Shown here: positions 1-10,900 of the stretch, in pieces
Layout: each line of letters begins with the position of its first letter
Position numbering within the stretch: position 1 is the stretch's first letter
IMG/VR virus record: IMGVR_UViG_3300044695_006401
Source: a virus
Taxonomy: Duplodnaviria; Caudoviricetes
Length of the DNA: 64,000 bases
Reading direction: 5' to 3' (one strand)
Translations under genes and position numbers: made by a program
The notes under the pieces: model-generated
What the model was told of the DNA's origin: nothing
The model's input: the letters and a program-made list of their open reading frames with translations, nothing else
The model's database searches: none

Positions 1-3000
1 TTCCATTTGTTCCGTTTGTACCACTAGTACCGTTCGTACCATTCGTTCCGTTAGTACCTGAAGTTCCGTTTGTACCGGATGTTCCATTAGTACCGCTAGT
101 ACCATTAGTTCCATTTGTTCCGTTCGTACCCGATGTTCCGTTCGTACCATTCGTTCCTGATGTTCCTCTTGTACCACTAGTGCCATTTGTTCCTGAAGTA
201 CCGTTAGTTCCGTTTGTACCTGATGTGCCGTTTGTTCCTGAAGTTCCATTGGTCCCGTTAGTTCCTGAAGTACCATTTGTACCGGATGTTCCATTAGTAC
301 CGTTTGTTCCATTGGTTCCTGAAGTTCCATTTGTTCCACTAGTTCCATTGGTACCGTTAGTTCCTGAAGTACCATTTGTTCCATTAGTCCCTGATGTTCC
401 GTTAGTTCCAGATGTTCCATTTGTCCCGCTAGTTCCGTTTGTACCGCTAGTTCCGTTTGTTCCATTAGTCCCTGATGTACCATTTGTACCCGAAGTTCCA
501 TTAGTTCCTGATGTACCATTTGTGCCAGATGTTCCGTTTGTTCCATTAGTTCCTGATGTACCGTTTGTTCCTGAAGTACCATTCGTTCCGTTTGTACCGC
601 TAGTACCATTCGTTCCTGAAGTACCATTCGTTCCACTTGTACCATTTGTACCATTCGTTCCGCTAGTCCCGTTTGTTCCACTAGTACCATTCGTACCGTT
701 AGTTCCAGATGTTCCGTTAGTTCCAGATGTTCCGTTGGTTCCGTTCGTTCCTGAAGTTCCATTCGTACCATTTGTCCCTGATGTTCCTCTTGTTCCTGAA
801 GTTCCATTCGTACCTGAAGTTCCGTTAGTTCCGCTAGTTCCATTCGTACCATTTGTCCCGTTGGTTCCTGATGTTCCATTAGTACCATTCGTACCGCTAG
901 TTCCATTTGTTCCTGATGTTCCATTAGTACCATTCGTACCGCTAGTCCCATTTGTTCCTGATGTACCATTGGTTCCATTTGTTCCTGACGATCCATTAGT
1001 TCCGTTTGTTCCTGACGATCCATTCGTACCATTTGTGCCAGATGTTCCGTTAGTTCCACTAGTTCCATTCGTACCGTTTGTTCCGCTTGTTCCATTGGTC
1101 CCGTTTGTTCCCGAAGTACCATTTGTGCCTGAAGTACCATTTGTACCATTCGTTCCGCTAGTTCCATTCGTACCGCTAGTTCCATTCGTACCGCTAGTTC
1201 CGTTTGTTCCATTAGTCCCTGATGTACCGTTGGTTCCGCTAGTTCCATTTGTACCATTTGTCCCACTAGTGCCATTAGTTCCATTGGTACCGTTTGTTCC
1301 TGATGTTCCTCTTGTTCCTGAAGTTCCGTTTGTTCCACTAGTACCATTCGTACCATTTGTACCGCTAGTTCCATTTGTACCGCTAGTTCCATTTGTTCCT
1401 GATGTCCCGTTTGTACCGTTAGTTCCTGAAGTACCATTCGTTCCGCTAGTTCCATTTGTACCTGATGTACCATTTGTTCCTGATGTTCCGTTCGTACCGT
1501 TAGTGCCTGAAGTACCATTCGTTCCGCTAGTACCATTCGTACCATTCGTGCCTGATGTACCATTCGTGCCGTTCGTTCCAGAAGTTCCGTTTGTTCCATT
1601 CGTTCCGCTAGTTCCGTTTGTACCATTAGTTCCCGATGTTCCGTTTGTTCCGCTAGACCCGTTTGTTCCATTTGTACCTGAAGTCCCATTCGTTCCGCTA
1701 GTACCATTCGTACCATTTGTACCTGAAGTACCATTGGTTCCGTTTGTACCACTTGAACCATTTGTTCCGCTAGTACCGTTAGTTCCTGATGTTCCATTGG
1801 TCCCGTTTGTACCTGAAGTACCATTGGTTCCTGATGTTCCATTGGTCCCGTTTGTTCCGCTAGTGCCATTCGTACCGTTAGTTCCCGATGTTCCGTTAGT
1901 TCCTGATGTACCATTAGTTCCATTTGTACCATTAGTCCCACTTGTTCCGTTAGTACCGTTCGTTCCTGATGTTCCATTTGTACCATTAGTTCCTGAAGTT
2001 CCGTTGGTTCCGTTTGTACCATTCGTACCTGAAGTTCCATTCGTACCATTAGTCCCTGATGTTCCTCTTGTTCCTGAAGTACCGTTGGTACCGCTTGAAC
2101 CATTTGTTCCGTTTGTTCCCGATGTCCCATTAGTACCATTTGTACCTGAAGTACCATTAGTTCCGCTAGTTCCGTTTGTACCTGATGTTCCATTCGTACC
2201 ATTGGTTCCTGACGTTCCGTTAGTACCATTTGTACCTGAAGTTCCATTAGTTCCTGATGTTCCGTTAGTACCATTTGTACCTGAAGTTCCATTTGTACCT
2301 GAAGTTCCATTAGTTCCAGATGTTCCGTTTGTTCCATTGGTCCCACTTGTACCATTAGTTCCGTTTGTTCCGCTAGTGCCATTAGTACCCGAAGTTCCGT
2401 TGGTTCCTGAAGTACCGTTCGTACCATTTGTTCCTGAAGTCCCATTCGTACCGTTTGTACCCGATGTTCCGTTTGTACCGTTAGTACCACTTGAACCATT
2501 CGTTCCGCTAGTTCCATTAGTTCCGTTGGTACCTGAAGTACCATTTGTTCCGCTAGTACCATTCGTACCATTTGTTCCTGAAGTTCCTCTTGTCCCTGAT
2601 GTTCCGTTAGTTCCGGAAGTACCATTTGTTCCGTTTGTACCCGAAGTACCGTTTGTACCCGATGTTCCGTTAGTTCCATTAGTGCCTGACGTACCGTTAG
2701 TTCCGTTGGTTCCGTTCGTTCCTGAAGTTCCATTTGTACCGTTAGTACCTGATGTACCGTTGGTACCATTCGTACCGCTAGTCCCATTAGTACCATTGGT
2801 CCCGCTCGTACCATTAGTTCCTGATGTTCCATTAGTTCCGTTGGTACCTGAAGTTCCATTCGTTCCTGATGATCCATTAGTACCATTAGTACCGCTTGAT
2901 CCATTTGTTCCATTCGTACCTGAAGTACCGTTAGTTCCCGATGTACCGTTAGTTCCTGATGTACCATTCGTACCATTTGTTCCACTTGTACCGTTCGTTC

Positions 3001-4837
3001 CATTTGTTCCCGAAGTTCCATTAGTTCCACTAGTTCCATTAGTTCCGTTTGTACCATTTGTTCCTGAGGTTCCATTAGTACCGCTAGTACCATTCGTTCC
3101 GTTAGTTCCTGATGTACCATTGGTCCCGCTCGTACCGTTGGTTCCCGAAGTTCCATTTGTACCATTCGTACCTGAAGTTCCGTTTGTACCATTAGTACCT
3201 GATGTGCCGTTTGTTCCTGAAGTTCCGTTTGTTCCTGAGGTACCATTTGTGCCTGAAGTCCCATTGGTTCCGTTTGTACCCGATGTTCCGTTAGTTCCAT
3301 TAGTGCCACTTGTCCCATTAGTTCCATTCGTACCGTTTGTTCCCGAAGTTCCGTTAGTTCCTGACGATCCATTTGTGCCGTTAGTACCTGAAGTACCGTT
3401 TGTTCCGCTCGTACCATTAGTACCATTCGTTCCTGATGTGCCATTAGTACCATTCGTTCCTGATGTACCGTTTGTTCCACTGGTTCCATTAGTTCCTGAA
3501 GTTCCGTTGGTGCCCGATGTTCCATTAGTCCCATTCGTTCCTGAGGTACCGTTTGTTCCGTTTGTACCTGAAGTTCCACGAGTACCTGAAGTCCCATTAG
3601 TCCCCGAAGTACCATTAGTCCCACTTGTTCCATTAGTACCGTTCGTACCTGAAGTTCCATTAGTACCGTTCGTACCTGAAGTTCCGTTTGTGCCGCTAGT
3701 ACCATTCGTTCCTGATGTACCATTCGTACCATTTGTACCTGATGTTCCATTCGTCCCATTAGTTCCGGATGTTCCGTTAGTACCATTTGTTCCATTGGTA
3801 CCTGAAGTACCATTAGTACCATTAGTTCCATTTGTTCCCGATGTACCATTTGTACCGTTAGTACCATTTGTTCCTGAAGTTCCATTAGTACCGTTCGTGC
3901 CTGATGTACCATTCGTTCCGTTTGTTCCATTAGTCCCGCTAGTCCCGTTTGTACCATTAGTTCCATTTGTTCCACTAGTTCCATTTGTTCCTGATGTCCC
4001 GTTGGTACCATTCGTTCCGCTAGTTCCATTTGTTCCTGATGTACCATTGGTTCCATTTGTTCCTGATGTACCATTTGTACCGCTAGATCCATTGGTTCCT
4101 GATGTACCATCAGTACCTGAAGTACCTCTAGTTCCTGAAGTCCCGTTTGTACCATTAGTGCCTGATGTTCCGTTCGTACCAGATGTCCCATTTGTGCCTG
4201 AAGTTCCATTAGTCCCGTTGGTTCCTGAAGTACCGTTTGTTCCATTAGTTCCTGAGGTTCCATTTGTACCATTCGTCCCTGAAGTCCCATTCGTTCCGCT
4301 AGTACCATTTGTACCGTTGGTGCCTGATGTTCCATTAGTTCCTGAAGTACCATTCGTACCATTGGTCCCTGATGTTCCATTTGTACCGTTGGTACCATTA
4401 GTGCCTGAAGTACCTCTTGTTCCTGATGTCCCATTAGTTCCGCTAGTACCATTTGTGCCTGAGGTTCCGTTTGTACCACTGGTACCATTGGTACCATTTG
4501 TACCCGAAGTCCCATCGGCACCCGCAATGTCCCAATTTGATCCATCACTTTGTACGGTTATTGAGCCATATTGTGTTAAAGTTTTTGTTGAGCTACCATC
4601 TATAGTTTGACCTCCTGTTGTTGCAAGAGTAATTGTTCCTGATCCACTATTTTTGATGACAAAAATTTGTCCCGCAATACCAACAGATGTCGGTAAGGTG
4701 ACCGTAAATGTACCTGTGGTACAATCTACAAGATAATTACTTCGATTAATTGTGTATGTCGTGGTAACCGCACTATACGGAAATAATACCCCACCTAAAG
4801 ATTTGACCCCATTACGGGCTACGAATTCATTTGACAT
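1..4837 (-). CDS. Giant Gly-Thr-X (GTN/GTS) collagen-like tail-fibre/adhesin protein; partial, runs off the window at position 1
   Basis: ATG at 4837 reads MSNEFVARNGVKSLGGVLFPYSAVTTTYTINRSNYLVDCTTGTFTVTLPTSVGIAGQIFVIKNSGSGTITLATTGGQTIDG...ADGTSGTNGT. The frame matches the GTN repeat codons down to base 2, and I saw no stop. It is absent from the ORF track, which shows only its antisense VP shadow. Confidence 0.9.
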   Translation of the reverse strand, partial: MSNEFVARNGVKSLGGVLFPYSAVTTTYTINRSNYLVDCTTGTFTVTLPTSVGIAGQIFVIKNSGSGTITLATTGGQTIDGSSTKTLTQYGSITVQSDGSNWDIAGADGTSGTNGTNGTSGTNGTSGTNGTSGTNGTSGTRGTSGTNGTNGTNGTSGTNGTNGTSGTNGTSGTNGTNGTSGTNGTSGTNGTNGTSGTNGTNGTSGTNGTNGTSGTNGTSGTNGTSGTNGTNGTSGTRGTSGTDGTSGTNGSSGTNGTSGTNGTNGTSGTNGTSGTNGTNGTSGTNGTSGTNGTNGTNGTSGTNGTNGTNGTSGTNGTNGTSGTNGTNGTNGTSGTNGTNGTNGTSGTNGTNGTNGTSGTNGTNGTSGTNGTNGTSGTNGTSGTNGTSGTNGTNGTSGTNGTNGTSGTNGTSGTNGTSGTRGTSGTNGTNGTSGTNGTNGTSGTNGTSGTNGTSGTNGTSGTNGTNGTSGTNGTNGTSGTNGTSGTNGTNGSSGTNGTSGTNGTNGTNGTSGTNGTNGTSGTNGTNGTSGTNGTSGTNGTSGTNGTSGTNGTNGTSGTNGTNGTSGTNGTSGTNGTSGTNGTNGTSGTNGTSGTNGTNGTNGTSGTNGTSGTNGTNGTSGTNGTNGTSGTNGTSGTNGTSGTNGTNGSSGTNGTNGSSGTNGTSGTNGTNGTSGTNGTSGTNGTNGTSGTNGTNGTSGTNGTNGTSGTNGTNGTNGTSGTNGTNGTSGTNGTSGTNGTNGTSGTNGTSGTRGTSGTNGTNGTSGTNGTSGTNGTNGTSGTNGSSGTNGTNGTSGTNGTNGTSGTNGTNGTSGTNGTSGTNGTSGTNGTNGTSGTNGTNGTSGTNGTSGTNGTSGTNGTNGTSGTNGTSGTNGTNGTSGTNGTNGTSGTNGTSGTNGTSGTNGTNGTSGTNGTNGSSGTNGTSGTRGTSGTNGTNGTSGTNGTNGTNGTSGTNGTNGTSGTNGTNGTSGTNGTNGTNGTSGTNGTSGTNGTNGTSGTNGTNGTSGTNGTSGTNGTNGTSGTNGTSGTNGSSGTNGTNGTSGTNGTNGTSGTNGTSGTNGTNGSSGTNGTSGTNGTNGTSGTNGTNGTSGTNGTNGTSGTNGTNGTSGTNGTSGTNGTNGTSGTNGTSGTNGTSGTNGTSGTNGTNGTSGTNGTSGTNGTSGTNGTNGTSGTNGTSGTRGTSGTNGTNGTNGTSGTNGTNGTSGTNGTSGTNGTNGTSGTNGTSGTNGTSGTNGTNGTSGTNGTSGTNGTNGTSGTNGTNGTSGTNGTSGTNGTNGSSGTNGTNGSSGTNGTNGTSGTNGTSGTNGTNGTSGTNGTSGTNGTNGTSGTNGTNGTNGTSGTNGTSGTNGTSGTRGTSGTNGTNGTSGTNGTNGTSGTNGTSGTNGTNGTSGTNGTSGTNGTNGTSGTNGTSGTNGTSGTNGTNGTSGTNGTSGTNGTNGTSGTNGTSGTNGTSGTNGTSGTNGTNGTSGTNGTSGTNGTSGTNGTSGTNGTNGTSGTNGTNGTSGTNGTSGTNGTNGTNGTSGTNGTSGTNGTNGTSGTNGTSGTNGTNGTSGTNGTSGTRGTSGTNGTNGTSGTNGTNGTNGTSGTNGTSGTNGTSGTNGTNGTNGTSGTNGTNG

Positions 4838-4946
4838 CTATTTTTTCTTTTTTCCCTCTCCAAAAGAAAACCCTTTGATTTATGTTTTATAGATAAATAT
4901 TACCTGAGTAAAGTTTATCCACCAAAAAGAAAAATTAAATAATTAT

Positions 4947-7900
4947 TTAGAATATAATTCTTGTTGAAACAAGTATAGTCCATGTTCCTCCACCTATAGC
5001 GCAAGCTAATTCGACACTACCACCAGAAACCTGAACTTTCCAAACAAAATTTGCCGTGGAACCACCCAAATCAGGACTTGATACATCGGTACCATCCCCA
5101 TTCGTGTTATTCCATACTGCGTACACTTGACCTATCCTTTTTGCTCCACCATTTTCAGTAACACAATATTCAAATATAGCACCACACCCAATATCAGTAC
5201 CGTAAGATTCAACAACTTGTCCAGAAGAGATATTCGTCAAACTTGTTGTATTAACTAAACTGTGTGTAGAATTAAGAGTTAAAGTACCATCAGATCCGTT
5301 ATATGTAAATCCAGATTCAGCAACAATATTACCAGACCCATCCGAAGTTAGTACCTCGTTGTCAGCCCCAGGAACTATAGGTGTAGTACCACTTGTTCCA
5401 TTCGTTCCGTTAGTTCCTGATGTACCGTTAGTCCCGCTAGTTCCATTTGTTCCAGAAGTACCATTAGTTCCTGATGTTCCATTAGTCCCTGAAGTTCCGT
5501 TTGTACCTGAAGTACCATTCGTACCGTTAGTACCTGATGTACCATTAGTTCCCGATGTCCCGTTAGTCCCGTTTGTTCCCGAAGTACCATTCGTACCGCT
5601 AGTTCCGTTAGTTCCACTCGTACCATTCGTACCGCTAGTTCCATTTGTTCCGTTAGTTCCACTCGTACCATTCGTACCGCTAGTTCCATTTGTTCCGTTA
5701 GTTCCACTCGTACCATTCGTACCATTGGTACCGCTAGTCCCATTTGTCCCACTAGTTCCGTTCGTCCCATTAGTCCCGTTAGTACCTGAAGTACCATTTG
5801 TACCATTTGTTCCAGAAGTACCGTTTGTACCTGATGTTCCGTTGGTTCCATTTGTTCCGTTTGTTCCTGAAGTACCGTTTGTACCGTTGGTTCCACTTGT
5901 CCCATTAGTCCCTGAGGTTCCATTTGTACCATTTGTTCCAGAAGTACCGTTTGTACCTGATGTACCATTTGTTCCCGAAGTACCATTAGTACCGTTTGTT
6001 CCTGATGTTCCGTTAGTACCGTTGGTACCACTAGTTCCATTAGTCCCTGAGGTTCCGTTAGTTCCATTCGTTCCGCTAGTTCCATTCGTTCCGCTAGTTC
6101 CGTTTGTACCTGATGTTCCGTTTGTTCCATTAGTTCCTGAAGTTCCATTCGTTCCGCTAGTTCCGTTTGTACCATTCGTCCCTGAAGTTCCATTGGTACC
6201 TGAGGTACCGTTTGTCCCATTCGTTCCGCTAGTACCATTAGTTCCTGATGTTCCGTTAGTTCCATTCGTTCCTGATGTACCATTTGTTCCATTAGTCCCT
6301 GACGTTCCGTTTGTACCATTTGTACCTGACGATCCATTAGTCCCTGAAGTTCCGTTTGTACCTGATGTACCGTTTGTACCATTCGTCCCTGAAGTTCCAT
6401 TGGTTCCACTTGAACCATTTGTTCCGTTAGTTCCTGAAGTACCGTTAGTACCGTTCGTTCCCGATGTTCCGTTTGTTCCACTAGTACCATTAGTTCCTGA
6501 AGTCCCATTCGTTCCGTTTGTACCTGATGTTCCGTTTGTTCCATTAGTTCCTGAAGTACCGTTAGTACCCGATGTTCCGTTTGTTCCTGATGTTCCATTT
6601 GTACCTGAAGTACCATTAGTTCCATTTGTACCTGAAGTTCCATTAGTACCTGATGTTCCATTAGTACCATTTGTTCCTGAAGTTCCATTAGTACCATTTG
6701 TTCCTGAAGTTCCGTTAGTACCTGAAGTACCATTAGTTCCGTTAGTTCCTGACGTTCCGTTCGTTCCTGATGTACCATTAGTTCCTGAAGTTCCATTCGT
6801 ACCGTTAGTTCCGCTAGTACCATTCGTACCGCTTGTTCCGTTAGTCCCCGAAGTTCCATTGGTTCCATTAGTACCTGATGTTCCATTAGTACCTGATGTT
6901 CCGTTTGTACCTGATGTTCCATTTGTACCATTAGTCCCACTTGTACCGTTTGTACCATTTGTCCCGCTAGTTCCATTAGTACCTGAAGTTCCGTTTGTTC
7001 CTGAAGTTCCATTAGTACCGTTAGTTCCTGACGTTCCGTTAGTTCCGTTTGTTCCCGATGTTCCATTAGTACCATTTGTTCCACTTGTGCCGTTAGTACC
7101 GTTAGTTCCTGAAGTACCATTTGTTCCGCTAGTTCCGTTAGTACCATTCGTTCCACTAGTACCATTAGTTCCGTTTGTTCCCGATGTTCCATTCGTTCCA
7201 CTAGTACCATTAGTTCCCGAAGTACCATTAGTACCATTAGTTCCTGATGTTCCATTTGTACCTGAGGTTCCATTTGTTCCATTTGTTCCGCTAGTGCCGT
7301 TTGTACCTGAAGTTCCGTTAGTTCCTGAAGTTCCATTTGTACCATTTGTACCGCTAGTTCCATTTGTCCCATTCGTACCTGAGGTACCATTTGTTCCACT
7401 TGTACCATTTGTTCCATTTGTACCTGAAGTGCCGTTTGTTCCGTTGGTTCCTGAAGTTCCGTTTGTCCCATTGGTACCATTTGTTCCTGAAGTTCCGTTT
7501 GTACCTGAAGTACCATTAGTTCCACTCGTACCATTAGTTCCCGATGTTCCATTGGTGCCGTTAGTCCCATTCGTTCCACTAGTTCCGTTAGTTCCATTTG
7601 TACCTGATGTGCCGTTAGTACCATTTGTTCCAGAAGTCCCGTTAGTACCTGAAGTACCATTAGTCCCGTTAGTACCAGAAGTTCCGTTTGTACCACTAGT
7701 TCCATTAGTTCCACTAGTTCCATTAGTTCCATTAGTTCCACTAGTTCCTGAAGATCCATTTGTACCATTAGTACCTGAAGTTGATGTGTAAGCAACCGCA
7801 GCAACTCCGATGTTCTTGATAGTTACTATAATTGATGGTGCCGCAGGTGCTATGTAAGGTGATGTTTGAGCCGCCTCCGCTGTCAATTGGACATCTTCTG

Positions 7901-10900
7901 AAGTACTAGCAAAAACTAATTCCAAGTAATCATTTTGTTGTAAATCAGCCACGATCGAAACAAATGGTAATTGTTTGACGCTATTAGACACTAATCCTAA
8001 AATACTATCAGTTCTTATTATATTAGTACCATTTTTTCTAACAAAGAAATCCACATCTACAGCAGCACCCCCTTGATTTTTTTCAACTTGGGGGGAAAAA
8101 CTGAATTCATATATACCTGAGTATTGTACAGTTACCCTACTTCCGCTCACAACCGAAATACCATTCTCAATTTCAACCGTATTGTATGTTACAACCGTAG
8201 GGGTATTTGCCCCTGAAACTTGTTGTGTTAAACTACTACTATATTGGGCATAATAGTTAGCAACCCCCGCACCACTACTTCCTGAAGTCCCATTTGTCCC
8301 GCTAGTTCCGTTCGTACCATTAGTCCCTGAAGTTCCGTTTGTACCATTAGTCCCTGAAGTTCCATTAGTCCCTGAAGTACCATTTGTACCGTTAGTTCCG
8401 CTAGTTCCATTTGTACCATTGGTCCCGTTCGTACCTGATGTTCCATTTGTTCCGCTAGTTCCATTTGTTCCGCTAGTACCGCTAGTTCCATTTGTTCCGC
8501 TAGTACCGTTAGTTCCATTCGTTCCTGAAGTCCCATTTGTACCGCTTGATCCATTAGTACCCGATGTTCCATTGGTTCCGTTCGTTCCGCTCGTACCATT
8601 TGTTCCACTTGAACCATTGGTTCCATTTGTTCCGCTAGTACCATTAGTTCCTGAGGTTCCGTTCGTTCCGTTAGTACCACTTGTACCATTTGTTCCGTTA
8701 GTACCTGAAGTTCCGTTCGTTCCACTAGTTCCATTTGTACCATTCGTTCCACTCGTACCGTTAGTACCCGAAGTACCATTTGTTCCATTGGTTCCGCTCG
8801 TACCGTTAGTACCTGAAGTTCCATCTGTTCCGTTGGTTCCTGAAGTTCCATTAGTACCACTTGACCCATCTGTTCCATTAGTTCCTGATGTTCCGTCTGT
8901 ACCATTAGTCCCTGAAGTACCATTTGTTCCACTTGACCCATCCGTACCATTAGTTCCGCTGGTTCCGTCGCTACCACTAGTACCATCTGTTCCGTTTGTT
9001 CCTGAAGTTCCGTCAGTTCCCGACGTTCCATTAGTTCCGTCAGTACCGCTAGTACCATCTGTTCCGTTAGTTCCTGAAGTTCCATTAGTCCCATTTGTAC
9101 CTGAAGTTCCGTTGGTACCATTCGTACCGCTAGTTCCATTCGTACCATTTGTACCACTACTTCCATCCGTACCGCTAGTTCCATCGGTACCATTAGTTCC
9201 GTTTGTACCATTCGTTCCTGACGTTCCATCCGTTCCTGACGTTCCATCCGTACCTGAAGTTCCATCTGTCCCTGAAGTTCCATCCGTTCCGTTTGTTCCA
9301 CTTGTACCATCCGTTCCGTTAGTACCTGAAGTACCATCTGTTCCGCTTGAACCATCCGTTCCATTAGTACCTGATGTTCCGTCTGTACCGTTGGTTCCTG
9401 AAGTTCCATCTGTACCATTTGTACCTGAAGTACCATCCGTACCATCCGTACCATTTGTTCCGCTAGTTCCATCTGTTCCGCTAGTACCATCCGTACCATT
9501 AGTTCCTGAAGTTCCATTCGCACCATTAGTCCCATTTGTACCATTAGTCCCGCTTGTACCATTTGTACCATTAGTCCCGCTTGTACCATTTGTACCTGAT
9601 GTTCCGTTTGTACCTGAAGTACCGTTAGTTCCATTTGTTCCGTTAGTACCCGAAGTTCCGTTGGTGCCACTTGTACCATTGGTTCCATTTGTACCAGAAG
9701 TCCCATTTGTTCCACTAGTACCATTAGTCCCTGAAGTACCGTTTGTACCGTTAGTTCCACTTGTGCCGTTCGTACCTGAAGTTCCATTAGTACCGTTTGT
9801 ACCTGATGTTCCATTCGTACCGTTAGTACCTGAAGTACCATTTGTTCCTGATGTTCCATTGGTTCCTGATGTACCGTTAGTACCATTTGTTCCTGAGGTT
9901 CCATTGGTTCCGGATGTTCCGTTTGTTCCGCTAGTACCATTCGTTCCGTTAGTACCTGATGTCCCGTTTGTCCCATTTGTACCTGATGTTCCATTTGTAC
10001 CACTAGTACCGTTTGTACCTGAAGTTCCGTTAGTTCCATTAGTTCCGCTAGTACCATTAGTCCCTGATGTCCCATTTGTACCATTACTTCCCGATGTTCC
10101 ATCGGTCCCGCTAGTACCATTAGTTCCAGAAGTTCCGTCGGTACCGCTCGACCCTGAAGTTCCTGATGTGCCGTCTGTTCCTGAGGATCCACTTGTTCCG
10201 CTAGTACCATCCGTACCACTAGAACCTGATGTTCCACTTGTGCCATCGGTACCGCTTGATCCTGAAGAACCTGATGTTCCACTTGTTCCGTCAGTACCTG
10301 AAGAACCGCTTGTGCCGCTTGAACCAGATGTCCCTGATGTACCGTCTGTTCCGCTAGAACCTGAAGTTCCACTTGTACCGTCAGTACCGCTCGACCCTGA
10401 AGTTCCTGATGTGCCGTCTGTTCCTGAGGACCCACTTGTTCCGCTAGAACCTGATGTCCCGCTAGAACCTGATGTCCCGCTAGTTCCGTCAGTTCCTGAA
10501 GATCCACTTGTTCCACTAGTACCATCTGTACCTGAAGATCCGCTCGTCCCATTAGTACCATCTGTTCCTGAAGTTCCATCCGTACCTGAAGTACCATCTG
10601 TTCCTGAAGTACCATCTGTTCCACTTGTCCCGTCTGTTCCGTTAGTACCTGAAGAACCACTAGTGCCATCCGTACCATTTGTTCCTGATGAACCACTAGT
10701 TCCATCAGTTCCGCTTGAACCCGAAGTTCCGTTAGTACCATCCGTACCGCTTGTTCCACTAGTCCCATCTGTTCCGCTAGAACCAGATGTTCCATCTGTG
10801 CCTGAAGACCCATTTGTCCCATCAGTACCTGAGGTTCCACTTGACCCACTAGTGCCATTCGTACCACTTGAACCTGATGTACCGTTAGTTCCATTAGTTC

